Origin: Spirochaetia bacterium
GTDB taxonomy: Bacteria; Spirochaetota; Spirochaetia; UBA9216
Length of the DNA: 64,000 bases
Reading direction: 5' to 3'
Assembly (NCBI GenBank): GCA_963677925.2
Contig: CAXXYH010000004.1
Coordinates: 928,001 to 992,000 of the forward strand
The position numbers and the translations under genes were made by a program. Positions 28,013-36,644 of this stretch are shown piece by piece. Within the stretch, counting starts at the first letter, position 1. Each line of letters opens with the position of its first letter. The notes under the pieces were generated by a model. The model made no database searches, was not told the DNA's origin, and saw nothing but the letters and a program-made list of their open reading frames with translations.

Positions 28013-29059
28013 ATGAAAGCAAAAAAAATCGTATTAATTCTCGTGCTTGCAATTGCTGTTGCAGGCTACTCATTCGCAGGCGGTCAGGGTGAGGCTGCAG
28101 ATGACGGAACCCTGAAACCCATCACGCTGTCTATAGGTTATGCATCAGCAGAAGGTATGTCAGGTGACCTGATTATCAAAGAAGAAGCTGCAAAGATTGC
28201 TGAAGAAACTGAAGGCAAATTTAAATTTGATATCTATCCGGCTGCACAGCTCGGCGGTGACCGTGAAATGGCAGAATCTGTTCAGCTTGGTGACCAGGGT
28301 ATTCTTTTCGGAGCTCCGTCTCCTCTTATCTCTTTTATTCCTGAAGTGGCTATTCTTGATATGCCGATGGCTTTCGCCGGATATACATGGGATGAAATTG
28401 ATTCAGTTATGAGCGGTGAAGTTGGAGATTTTCGAGAAAAACTTGATGCTGCTTATGAAAAAGCAGGATTCAAACTTCTTTCTCTCTTCAGTTCCAGAAT
28501 GTACCGTGTAATGTCTACAAATAAAAAGATTGAAAAGATTGAAGACTTCCAGGGCATCAGAATCAGAACCATGGAAAACAAGTATCATATGAATTTCTGG
28601 AATTCTCTTGGTGCAAGCGCAACTCCTATCAACTTCGCAGAGCTCTACCTTGCTCTTCAGCAGGGGCTCGTTGATGCTCAGGAAAACCCGATTCTCGTTT
28701 GTGTTCTCAACGGATTTCATGAGCAGCAGGATTACGTAATCAAGACTGACCATGTTCTCTTCTTTGCAGAACTTGTAACAGGACTTGATACCTACAACAG
28801 CCTGTCAACAGCACAGAGAGAAGTTCTTGATACCTTCATTGACAGAGCTTCTCCAAGAATTGCAGAGTCCGGTGAGGTTGATGATGTAATGTTCACAAAA
28901 CAGGCTATAGAGAAGGGAATGGAAATTATACAGCCCAGCGACAAGCTTATATCTGATATGAAGAAAGTTGCCGAAGGAACTTCAGACATGATTGCTGAAG
29001 CTGTAGGTGCAGATCTTGTTGACAGTCTTTTTGACAGTCTTGCAAAGGCTAAAAAATAG
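28013..29059 (+). CDS. dctP: TRAP transporter substrate-binding protein
   Basis: YPAAQLG, IRTME (conserved Arg), ELYLALQQG.VDAQENP. Confidence 0.92.
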   Translation: MKAKKIVLILVLAIAVAGYSFAGGQGEAADDGTLKPITLSIGYASAEGMSGDLIIKEEAAKIAEETEGKFKFDIYPAAQLGGDREMAESVQLGDQGILFGAPSPLISFIPEVAILDMPMAFAGYTWDEIDSVMSGEVGDFREKLDAAYEKAGFKLLSLFSSRMYRVMSTNKKIEKIEDFQGIRIRTMENKYHMNFWNSLGASATPINFAELYLALQQGLVDAQENPILVCVLNGFHEQQDYVIKTDHVLFFAELVTGLDTYNSLSTAQREVLDTFIDRASPRIAESGEVDDVMFTKQAIEKGMEIIQPSDKLISDMKKVAEGTSDMIAEAVGADLVDSLFDSLAKAKK

Positions 29060-29095
29060 AATATTTAATATTTTTAAGGTAAATCGCAGATACCG

Positions 29096-29124
29096 GGGGA
29101 GTCAGGAATGACTCCCCTTTTTTT
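29096..29124 (+). terminator. Rho-independent terminator
   Basis: GGGGAGTCA-GGAA-TGACTCCCC followed by TTTTTTT. Confidence 0.85.
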
Positions 29125-29127
29125 GTG

Positions 29128-30510
29128 TTATTTTATATAGCTGTCTGCTTCTGCAATGGTCTGTTCAGCAGGGGGCAGTTCTCTTGATTTTTTTTCATTA
29201 AATAGTTCGATTACGTTTGGCTCTTTATTTGTATAAGCTTTCCATTCCGGCATGCCGGCAGCATTCGGGTTCCCGGTTTTAATGAAATTAGTCCAATAGG
29301 CGCACATTCTGTTAGACAGATCAAAATCTGCTCCTGAGTAAGACCTCCATCCCCTCAGAAAGGTCTGAAAGACATACATATGTTCTGAAGAATGGAAGGT
29401 TCCAATATCGCTGTCCGGGATTGCATGATTAAAGTAGTACTGATAAACCGGCTTATGCCCCAGCCTGTTATGCAGCCTTGACCATGCGGTGCAGCCGATG
29501 TGGATATCATTCTTCTTATCTTCGCTGAATGTGAGGTCGTCGGATGTACAGCCTATCATTGTCGGCACATTGTGTGTTTTATTCTGTTTGGCGAGTGTAA
29601 TCAGATCAGCTTCCAGTACATACCCGTCAATTACCGGCATATACTGAAGCCCTTCAGGACTTAAAGCTTTTGCAAAATGATTAATCAGATCCTCCGCCGG
29701 GATTTTTCTTGCCTCTTCAATATTCTTGACATTTAAGGTTTCAAGAAACTCCTCACCGTGCTTTTCTGCGTCGGAAAGTTCCAGCCTGCTTATTTCCTGC
29801 ATTCTGCCGAGGCCTGCAGCGCTCTGCATTATTGCTTTATCTATGTCGCCGTCAGTAAGTTTTGATGAGAGAAGTGTCTGTACGCTCATTGCACCGGCAG
29901 ACTGTCCGAATATAGTTATATTATCAGGATCTCCGCCGAAGGCTTCAATATTCCTGCGTACCCACTTTAAAGCTGCTATCTGGTCAAGGGTTCCGTAATT
30001 TCCTGAAGTTCTGATTCCTGTTTCCTTCTCTGATTCCGCCGAGAGTTCGGGGTGACTTAAAAATCCGAAAACATTGAGTCTGTAGTTGATTGAAACATAG
30101 ATTACACCTCTTTTTGCGAATGCGTCTCCGTCAGTTTCCATCTTGTCGGAGTAGCCCTGTACAAAGCCTCCTCCATAGATCCACAGTGCCACAGGCAGTT
30201 TTTCGTCCTGACTTTTGGCGGGAGTCCAGATATTCAGGTAGAGGCTGTCCTCGCTTCTGGGCAGATCAACAGGATAAAATTCCTTCTTGTACATTGAGGT
30301 TTCGGGAACTCTGCACTGCATCGGGATATCTGAAAATGAGTAAGCGTTGTAGATCCCTTCCCAGTTTTCTGCCGGTTGAGGAGCCTTCCAGCGTAAATTG
30401 CCGACCGGCGGCTTTGCATAGGGTATTCCTTTAAAAATACTGATTCCCTGATTGCCTGCAGGTAAACCTGCAACTTCTCCGTTTTCTGTACTGGTTTGTA
30501 AAATTGCCAT
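29128..30510 (-). CDS. Type B carboxylesterase (PnbA-like)
   Basis: FKGIPYA.PP.G.LRW, SEDSLYLNIW, YGGGF, NYRL, FGQSAGA, HSSE. Start moved to ATG 30510 (MAILQT) behind GGGGG RBS. Confidence 0.9.
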   Translation of the reverse strand: MAILQTSTENGEVAGLPAGNQGISIFKGIPYAKPPVGNLRWKAPQPAENWEGIYNAYSFSDIPMQCRVPETSMYKKEFYPVDLPRSEDSLYLNIWTPAKSQDEKLPVALWIYGGGFVQGYSDKMETDGDAFAKRGVIYVSINYRLNVFGFLSHPELSAESEKETGIRTSGNYGTLDQIAALKWVRRNIEAFGGDPDNITIFGQSAGAMSVQTLLSSKLTDGDIDKAIMQSAAGLGRMQEISRLELSDAEKHGEEFLETLNVKNIEEARKIPAEDLINHFAKALSPEGLQYMPVIDGYVLEADLITLAKQNKTHNVPTMIGCTSDDLTFSEDKKNDIHIGCTAWSRLHNRLGHKPVYQYYFNHAIPDSDIGTFHSSEHMYVFQTFLRGWRSYSGADFDLSNRMCAYWTNFIKTGNPNAAGMPEWKAYTNKEPNVIELFNEKKSRELPPAEQTIAEADSYIK

Positions 30511-30590
30511 ATAATCCCCCTTTATCGATAAATAGATAATCGTTGATAACCTCAGGTTATAACTATAATAGATTCGCCGAATAAATTCTA

Positions 30591-30639
30591 TTGACAAGGC
30601 ATCAATCTATGATAATATATTATTATTAGATTATAATCA
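30591..30639 (+). promoter_or_regulatory. Promoter/operator region of TRAP operon 2
   Basis: TTGACA at 30591-30596 and AGATTATAATCA at 30628-30639. Confidence 0.55.
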
Positions 30640-30675
30640 AGAAATAATTAAAAAAGTATCTATTTAGGAGGTCTC

Positions 30676-31179
30676 ATGGGTATTATCAAGTGGCTGGATA
30701 ATAACCTCGAGAAAATCTTTCTCGTGGCGATGCTCGTGTTTATGAGCATTCTGATTATGTTTCAGGTAATTATGAGGTATATATTTCATAACGCCCTGGG
30801 CTGGCCTGAAGAACTGGCCAGATACAGTTTTATTCTATTTTCGTTCATGACATTGGGTTTCTGTATTAAAAACAAGTCTAATTTCCGTATTGATCAGCTG
30901 GTTAAGAAGCTGCCGGAAGTTGTGCAGAGTGTACTGAACATCCTTGTCGACTTCGGTTTTCTGTTCTTTTACAGCTTCTGCTTTTACTACTCACTAATTG
31001 CAGTAGAGCAGGCAAGGGCAACAGGGAACATCACCACAGGACTTCAGATGCCGGTCTTTATTCTTTATATAATCGCCGGTGCCGGATTACTCATTGGGGC
31101 TCTTCGGGCTGTTCAGTCCATCGTTACAGGAATTGTCAGTTTTAAAAGCTCCTCGGACAGGGAGAATATGAATGCTTAG
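30676..31179 (+). CDS. dctQ: TRAP transporter small permease
   Basis: QVIMRYIF...LGWPEELARY; four TM segments. Confidence 0.88.
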   Translation: MGIIKWLDNNLEKIFLVAMLVFMSILIMFQVIMRYIFHNALGWPEELARYSFILFSFMTLGFCIKNKSNFRIDQLVKKLPEVVQSVLNILVDFGFLFFYSFCFYYSLIAVEQARATGNITTGLQMPVFILYIIAGAGLLIGALRAVQSIVTGIVSFKSSSDRENMNA

Positions 31180-32467
31180 TTTAATCTTCTCGGTTTTTGT
31201 TATTCTTCTTGTGACAGGATTTCCAATTGGACTAACAATTGGTTTAAGCTCGATAATTCCGGGGATCGTGAATCCCTCTTTTCCAGGCGGAGCTCTATAT
31301 CTGCTGAGGGCCATGGTAAGCGGAATAGACAGTACTCCGATCCTTGCTATCCCCTTTTTCATGCTTGCCGGCTCAATTATGGCAATGGGCGGCATTTCCA
31401 AAAAACTGTTCAACGTATTCGCCTACCTGGTCGGTAAAAGAACAGCCGGTATTCCTATTGCTGTAGTAATTACATGTGCGTTTTACGGTGCAATAAGCGG
31501 ATCAGGTCCTGCTACTACTGCGGCTGTAGGGGCAATGACCATCCCGATTCTGACGAACCTCGGCTATAAAAAGGAATTTTCCGCGGCCCTGGTTGCTTCC
31601 GCCGGAGGGATTGGTGTTATCATTCCGCCGAGTATCCCGTTTATAATGTTCGGTATGATGACCGGAACATCAGTAGGTGCGCTCTTTCTTGCAGGTTTTA
31701 TTCCGGGGATTCTGATTGCTGCCCTGCTTATTCTTTATGTATATTTCTACTGCAGAAGAAACGGCGAGGATAAGGAAAAGGTTGCTGCAAATTATGAGGA
31801 GCTGAAGGCTAAGGGTTTTCTGAACATCCTCAAAGAAAGCATCTGGGCAATTATCACGCCTGTTATAATTCTGGGCGGTATCTACAGCGGTATAGTAACA
31901 CCGACAGAGGCTGCTGTTGTTTCGGTATTCTATTCACTTATCGTATGTGTATTCATCTACAGGACAATCAATTTTCACAATATATTTGATATTCTGCTTT
32001 CTTCAATAAAGTCTATTGCACCTCTCTGTTTTCTTCTCATAACTGCAATGACTTTTGCAAGGGTAATGACACTGGCTCACGCACCCCAGGAACTTGCCAG
32101 CTTTCTTTCGAGCGCTTTTTCAAATCCGTATATATTTCTGATTGCCGTCAACATTGTTTTCCTGATTATCGGAATGTTTACAGATGTTGCAGGTGCAATC
32201 GCGATAACTGCTCCCATGATGATGCCTGTTATTGCTATGTTCGGTATTGACCCTGTGCATTTTGGTGTTGTGCTGGTTGTTAACCTTTCAATCGGACTTA
32301 TCTCACCGCCTATCGGTCTGAACCTGTTTGTAGGTGCATCAATGATTGAATCTCAGCCGTCGGCTGTTACCAGACGAATCATTCCATTCGTTCTGGTCTA
32401 CATCGTCGCTCTGATGGTCATCACCTATGTACCTCAGGTTTCACTTATGTTAAGCAAGGTTTTATAG
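31172..32467 (+). CDS. dctM: TRAP transporter large permease
   Basis: AIPFFMLAG, FYGAISGSG.AT, IIPPSIP, TPTEAA, SPPIGLNLF. Confidence 0.92.
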   Translation: MLSLIFSVFVILLVTGFPIGLTIGLSSIIPGIVNPSFPGGALYLLRAMVSGIDSTPILAIPFFMLAGSIMAMGGISKKLFNVFAYLVGKRTAGIPIAVVITCAFYGAISGSGPATTAAVGAMTIPILTNLGYKKEFSAALVASAGGIGVIIPPSIPFIMFGMMTGTSVGALFLAGFIPGILIAALLILYVYFYCRRNGEDKEKVAANYEELKAKGFLNILKESIWAIITPVIILGGIYSGIVTPTEAAVVSVFYSLIVCVFIYRTINFHNIFDILLSSIKSIAPLCFLLITAMTFARVMTLAHAPQELASFLSSAFSNPYIFLIAVNIVFLIIGMFTDVAGAIAITAPMMMPVIAMFGIDPVHFGVVLVVNLSIGLISPPIGLNLFVGASMIESQPSAVTRRIIPFVLVYIVALMVITYVPQVSLMLSKVL

Positions 32468-32500
32468 GAATAGAACCTTAAAAAATATTAGGAGTGTTTA

Positions 32501-33532
32501 ATGAAAAATGGAAAGATTTTAGGACTAATCTGTATCCTGACTGTTCTGCTCGCCGGAACAGTACTCGCCGGAGGTTCACAGGAAGCTGCTTCATCTGATG
32601 AACCCAAAGTAACTATTATCCTCGGTCACGGATCACCGGATAATTCTTTTGCGAATGAGGGTGCAAATCTCTTAAAGAAACTTGCTGCTGAACGCTCAGC
32701 AGGTAAAATTGTGATTGATAACTATCCGGCCTTCCAGCTTGGTAATATTATGGAACTCGACCAGAACGTAAAGGGCGGTTCAATTCAGATGGTTATGGGA
32801 ACAATAGGCGGAATGATGTCAAGAAAACTGTCTGCTCTGGACCTTCCCAGTACCTTTAATGATATGGATGCTGCACGAAAGGTTCTGTCGGAAGGCGAAT
32901 TCATCAAAATGGTTGATGATGTGCTTGCTGAATCCAACCTCAAGCTGATGAGCGGTGTTATTCCGGTTGGTTACAGAGAGGTTTCCAGTAATAAGGAGAT
33001 CAGAACAGCTGATGATCTTAAAGGTCTTAAGATCAGAACTATGGAACACCCGCTTCATATGGCATACTGGAAGGCTCTTGGAGCTAATCCTACTCCTATT
33101 GCTTTCAGCGAACTATATGTCGGACTTCAGCAGGGGCTTGTTGAAGCTCAGGAAAATCCGTTTGATACAATTCTCTCAAGCAAGATCTACGAACAGCAGA
33201 AATATATTGTACTGACACATCATGTAATGTTCTGCAGCGGTTATGTAATGAATCTGGATTTCTATAACAGCCTTCCTGCTGAATACCAGCAGATTCTGAA
33301 AGACGTATTTGTTGAAGTTGATAAATATGTTTATGAAAATTCAATCAGGGTTAATGCAGAATCGCTTGCAAAGCTTCAGGCTGAAGGTCTTGAAGTTATT
33401 GAGTTCAGCGATGCTGATTATGCAAAGATGGCCGAGGCTGCGAAACCTGTAATCGAAATGGTAAGAAAAGATTCAGGCGATCTGATGGTTGATACTCTTC
33501 TCAAGGAACTTGCAGAAGCATCTTCCAAATAA
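32501..33532 (+). CDS. dctP: TRAP transporter substrate-binding protein
   Basis: YPAFQLG, DLKGLKIRTME, LGANPTPI.FSELY.GLQQG.VEAQENP. Confidence 0.92.
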   Translation: MKNGKILGLICILTVLLAGTVLAGGSQEAASSDEPKVTIILGHGSPDNSFANEGANLLKKLAAERSAGKIVIDNYPAFQLGNIMELDQNVKGGSIQMVMGTIGGMMSRKLSALDLPSTFNDMDAARKVLSEGEFIKMVDDVLAESNLKLMSGVIPVGYREVSSNKEIRTADDLKGLKIRTMEHPLHMAYWKALGANPTPIAFSELYVGLQQGLVEAQENPFDTILSSKIYEQQKYIVLTHHVMFCSGYVMNLDFYNSLPAEYQQILKDVFVEVDKYVYENSIRVNAESLAKLQAEGLEVIEFSDADYAKMAEAAKPVIEMVRKDSGDLMVDTLLKELAEASSK

Positions 33533-33545
33533 ACAGTTTTTAACT

Positions 33546-33593
33546 AAAAGCCCCGGACTTTGTTTTAGGACGTGAAGGTCCGGGGCTTTTTTT
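33546..33593. terminator. Bidirectional terminator between dctP2 and the DUF3237 gene
   Basis: AAAAGCCCCGGAC...GTCCGGGGCTTTT inverted repeat between convergent genes. Confidence 0.75.
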
Positions 33594-34050
33594 ATCCAAC
33601 CATATAAAAGCTGATACGCACCTTATCCGGAAGCCGTTCACCGCTGCATATAAAATGATTATTTTTCAGCCACATATATTTTTCATCGTATACCTCAAAA
33701 ACAGGTGTTGTTCTGAAATAGTACAATGAAGGATCGATGAACCCGCCATTCAGGACTTTTTCTGCATACTCTTTCGGTACGGTTCTTATGCCGTTATTTT
33801 CTATATATACTCCGCAGCCGTCATCAAATTTCAGGGCATATCTGGCTGAGAGTTCACATCTGCCGTCAGGCCGGATTATCTGACTGTCTACTCCGCCCGG
33901 CAGAACAATTCCTTTAATTTCCGGACCTTCAACTGTTCCGGCGCCAATAGGTATTAGCTGTCTCCTGCCTGAAATCGAATCCTGACCTACGAGTATCGGA
34001 GCTTCAACCTCGACCTCAACCTTGAAAATAAATTTTGATTCTAATGACAT
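33592..34050 (-). CDS. DUF3237 family protein
   Basis: GRRQLIPI..G.VEGP.IKG.VLPGG.D.Q.IR.DG..EL.ARY...YFRT.P.FE...Y.WL. Confidence 0.88.
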   Translation of the reverse strand: MSLESKFIFKVEVEVEAPILVGQDSISGRRQLIPIGAGTVEGPEIKGIVLPGGVDSQIIRPDGRCELSARYALKFDDGCGVYIENNGIRTVPKEYAEKVLNGGFIDPSLYYFRTTPVFEVYDEKYMWLKNNHFICSGERLPDKVRISFYMVG

Positions 34051-34181
34051 ACTCTTTCATCCTCCTCCGGGTAAAATATTTTAACACAATACCTTTTTTG
34101 TGCGAATTAGATATTTGAAGATTAGTAATTTAATAGTATAATTTACTTATAATATAAATATAATTATATAAGGAGACTTCA

Positions 34182-35333
34182 ATGAGAAAGAAACCCGAAT
34201 TTAATACAGATTTACTAAGTGAACTGATGAAGAGAGAAGGCCTCGATCTTATTCTTGTTTCCTCCAGGCATAACGTAAGATATCTTACCGGCGGATACTT
34301 TTATCCGCTATTCGTCTGGGATACGCATACCCGTGAAACCCAGTACCTGCCTTATATTGTTATTCCGGGAGCCGGACTTTCAAACGCTTTTTTCGTCGGA
34401 CGTCCCGGAGAAAAGGAAGTAAGCGCTGAATCGGATATCTGGCTTGAAGATTGTGTGGAAAGCCCGAAACTTAATTCAATTTCAGCCTCAGAAACTGCTG
34501 CAAGTGAAATCAAGTCACGTGGACTGGAGTCCGGCAGGGTTGGTGTTGAGATGACAGCTCTTCCTGCTGATGCCTACATATGCCTTAAAAATGAGTTTCC
34601 TCAGGCTGAATTTGTCGATATTACCGGCATGATGGATACCCTGCGGGCGGTAAAATCAGAAAAGGAAATTGAAATAATCAGGCAGGGAACATTGCTCAAT
34701 CTGAAAGGTGTGAATGAATGCCTTGCCGCTGCAGCCCCGGGCATGACAACTATGGATCTTGCTGACATTCTCAAGAAAAAGTTCTCTGAATCCGGACTTC
34801 ATTTTCTGTATGCCCTTGTATGCGCGGGGCCGGAAATGTTCCGGGCGGCTTCTTTGAAAAGGACTTTCAAGGAGGGACATATCCTGCATATAGACACAGG
34901 GGCAATGCTTGGTAACGGATGTATAGCCGAGACCTGCCGTACCGGCCACATTGGAAAACCGACTGCAGAGGCTGAGAAGCTTCTCGGACTTTGTGACGGA
35001 CTGGAGAAGCACATGCTTGATTACCTTGTTCCAGGTGCTGCAGTTTCAGAGATTCAGCTTGAAGCTGATTCTTTTATTGAAAGAACATCTCCGGGGCTGA
35101 ACGGAAAGTTTATAGCGCACGGCATAGGCATGGTTCATCACGAAAAACCGGTGGTCAGCCGCAGCTCATCTGAGAGCCTTCTTGAAGGAATGGTGCTTTC
35201 TCTTGAGATGGAGTATAAGACAAAAGAAACAGGTCATGTTAAGATTGAGGATATGGTTGTCATCAGAAAGGATATTCCCGAAATTATGAGCCCTGACGGC
35301 GGAAAGTGGGTGATAGGAGGAGCTGAAGCCTGA
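34182..35333 (+). CDS. M24 (pita-bread) family metallohydrolase, Xaa-Pro peptidase/creatinase-like
   Basis: NVRYLTG, RAVKS..EI, HID.G, HGIG..HE.P, GMV.SLE, KIED. Confidence 0.85.
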   Translation: MRKKPEFNTDLLSELMKREGLDLILVSSRHNVRYLTGGYFYPLFVWDTHTRETQYLPYIVIPGAGLSNAFFVGRPGEKEVSAESDIWLEDCVESPKLNSISASETAASEIKSRGLESGRVGVEMTALPADAYICLKNEFPQAEFVDITGMMDTLRAVKSEKEIEIIRQGTLLNLKGVNECLAAAAPGMTTMDLADILKKKFSESGLHFLYALVCAGPEMFRAASLKRTFKEGHILHIDTGAMLGNGCIAETCRTGHIGKPTAEAEKLLGLCDGLEKHMLDYLVPGAAVSEIQLEADSFIERTSPGLNGKFIAHGIGMVHHEKPVVSRSSSESLLEGMVLSLEMEYKTKETGHVKIEDMVVIRKDIPEIMSPDGGKWVIGGAEA

Positions 35334-35334
35334 G

Positions 35335-35553
35335 ATGATTACAGTAAATATCCATGCGCCGATGAACAAAAAAATCAAATCAGGTGCCTGTCGGATTGAC
35401 GAGGGCACTGATATCCGCTCCCTGCTGAAAAAACTCGGTCAACCCTCAACAGAGGATTATCTTTTTGTAGTAAACGGAACAAATGTCCCTGAAGATACAG
35501 TGCTTTCCGATAACGATAAACTCAGTATATTTACTCTTCTCGACGGAGGCTGA
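35335..35553 (+). CDS. MoaD/ThiS family sulfur-carrier protein
   Basis: 72 aa, VVNG...L.D.D.L.IF..LDGG with C-terminal di-glycine. Confidence 0.85.
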   Translation: MITVNIHAPMNKKIKSGACRIDEGTDIRSLLKKLGQPSTEDYLFVVNGTNVPEDTVLSDNDKLSIFTLLDGG

Positions 35554-35603
35554 ACTTCGTCATCATTTATCAGCTCTGTTTATTATTCTTTTAAATCAAT
35601 ATA

Positions 35604-36578
35604 ATGATTGGAATGAACAGGAAAAAGTTAATCTTTCCGGCTCTAGTAATCCTCGCAATAGTTAACTTCAGTGCTGCCGTTGCGGGTATAATTATTGTTT
35701 TTATCATCTACATCCTCAATATTTTACGGGCCAGACTTCCCATCGATCCCGGAGGCGAAAACCATCCAGAAACACTTATATATAAAAAGGCTGAAGATGT
35801 GGAGCTTAAACTCGATCTCTGGTCGCCTCCGGAGAAAAACCGTATTCCCGCACTTGTTGTTTTTGCGCACGGCGGAGGCTGGATTAGCGGCTTCAGAAAT
35901 CAGCCGAATAATGTATCCTGGTGCAGGTTTTTATCCTCCCGCGGATTCACTGTGGCCTCTATAGATTACAGGCTCGGATTTAAATACAGAATGTCAGATA
36001 TCCTTGAAGATTATTCTGATGCCGTATACTTCATCAGAGACAAATTTGCCGGCGATGAAGCTTCAGGCAATATCATCCTTATGGGCTTGTCTGCAGGCGG
36101 GCACCTGGCACTGAGTTATGCGGCTTATAATACCTCGCAGAAAAACCATCAGGCAATGAGAGGAATCCTGTCGGTGATAGCCTACTATGCGCCGTCGGAT
36201 CTTAAAGATCTTTATGCTCCCGATGATAAGTCTCTGTTTGTCCGTTTTGCAGCCGGAAGTACGCTTAAGGCCCTGCCTTCCTTTGATGAAGAAGCATATA
36301 TCAGGTATTCTCCTGTAACCTGGCTTTCCCGTGACATGGTTCCTGTCCTGGCGGTTCACGGGATGAAGGATGAAACTGTTCCGTTCCGTTCATCGCTCAC
36401 GCTTGTTCGGAGACTTAAAGAACTGGGCGTACACTGCAGACTGCTTGAACATAAAAACGGCGGACACTGTTTTGAGGTAAAATTACGTGATATCCGTACA
36501 ACACAGATACTAGAACAGACTTTAAGGTTTATCAGAATCCAGCTTAAAAATAATGTAAAAAACAATACATCCGGCTGA
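35604..36578 (+). CDS. Membrane-anchored alpha/beta hydrolase (BD-FAE/lipase-like)
   Basis: N-terminal hydrophobic segment; LDL, HGGGW, SIDYRL, GLSAGGHL, HG..D.TVP, GH.F. Confidence 0.87.
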   Translation: MIGMNRKKLIFPALVILAIVNFSAAVAGIIIVFIIYILNILRARLPIDPGGENHPETLIYKKAEDVELKLDLWSPPEKNRIPALVVFAHGGGWISGFRNQPNNVSWCRFLSSRGFTVASIDYRLGFKYRMSDILEDYSDAVYFIRDKFAGDEASGNIILMGLSAGGHLALSYAAYNTSQKNHQAMRGILSVIAYYAPSDLKDLYAPDDKSLFVRFAAGSTLKALPSFDEEAYIRYSPVTWLSRDMVPVLAVHGMKDETVPFRSSLTLVRRLKELGVHCRLLEHKNGGHCFEVKLRDIRTTQILEQTLRFIRIQLKNNVKNNTSG

Positions 36579-36644
36579 AGTGAAAGATTTAACGTTACTG
36601 CTGAAAATCTTCGATATATAAAAAGTAATGTCACATAAATCTTA

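Noticed and set aside
5300-36640. Island as an integrative mobile element
   Set aside because: No integrase, transposase, tRNA or flanking direct repeats seen.
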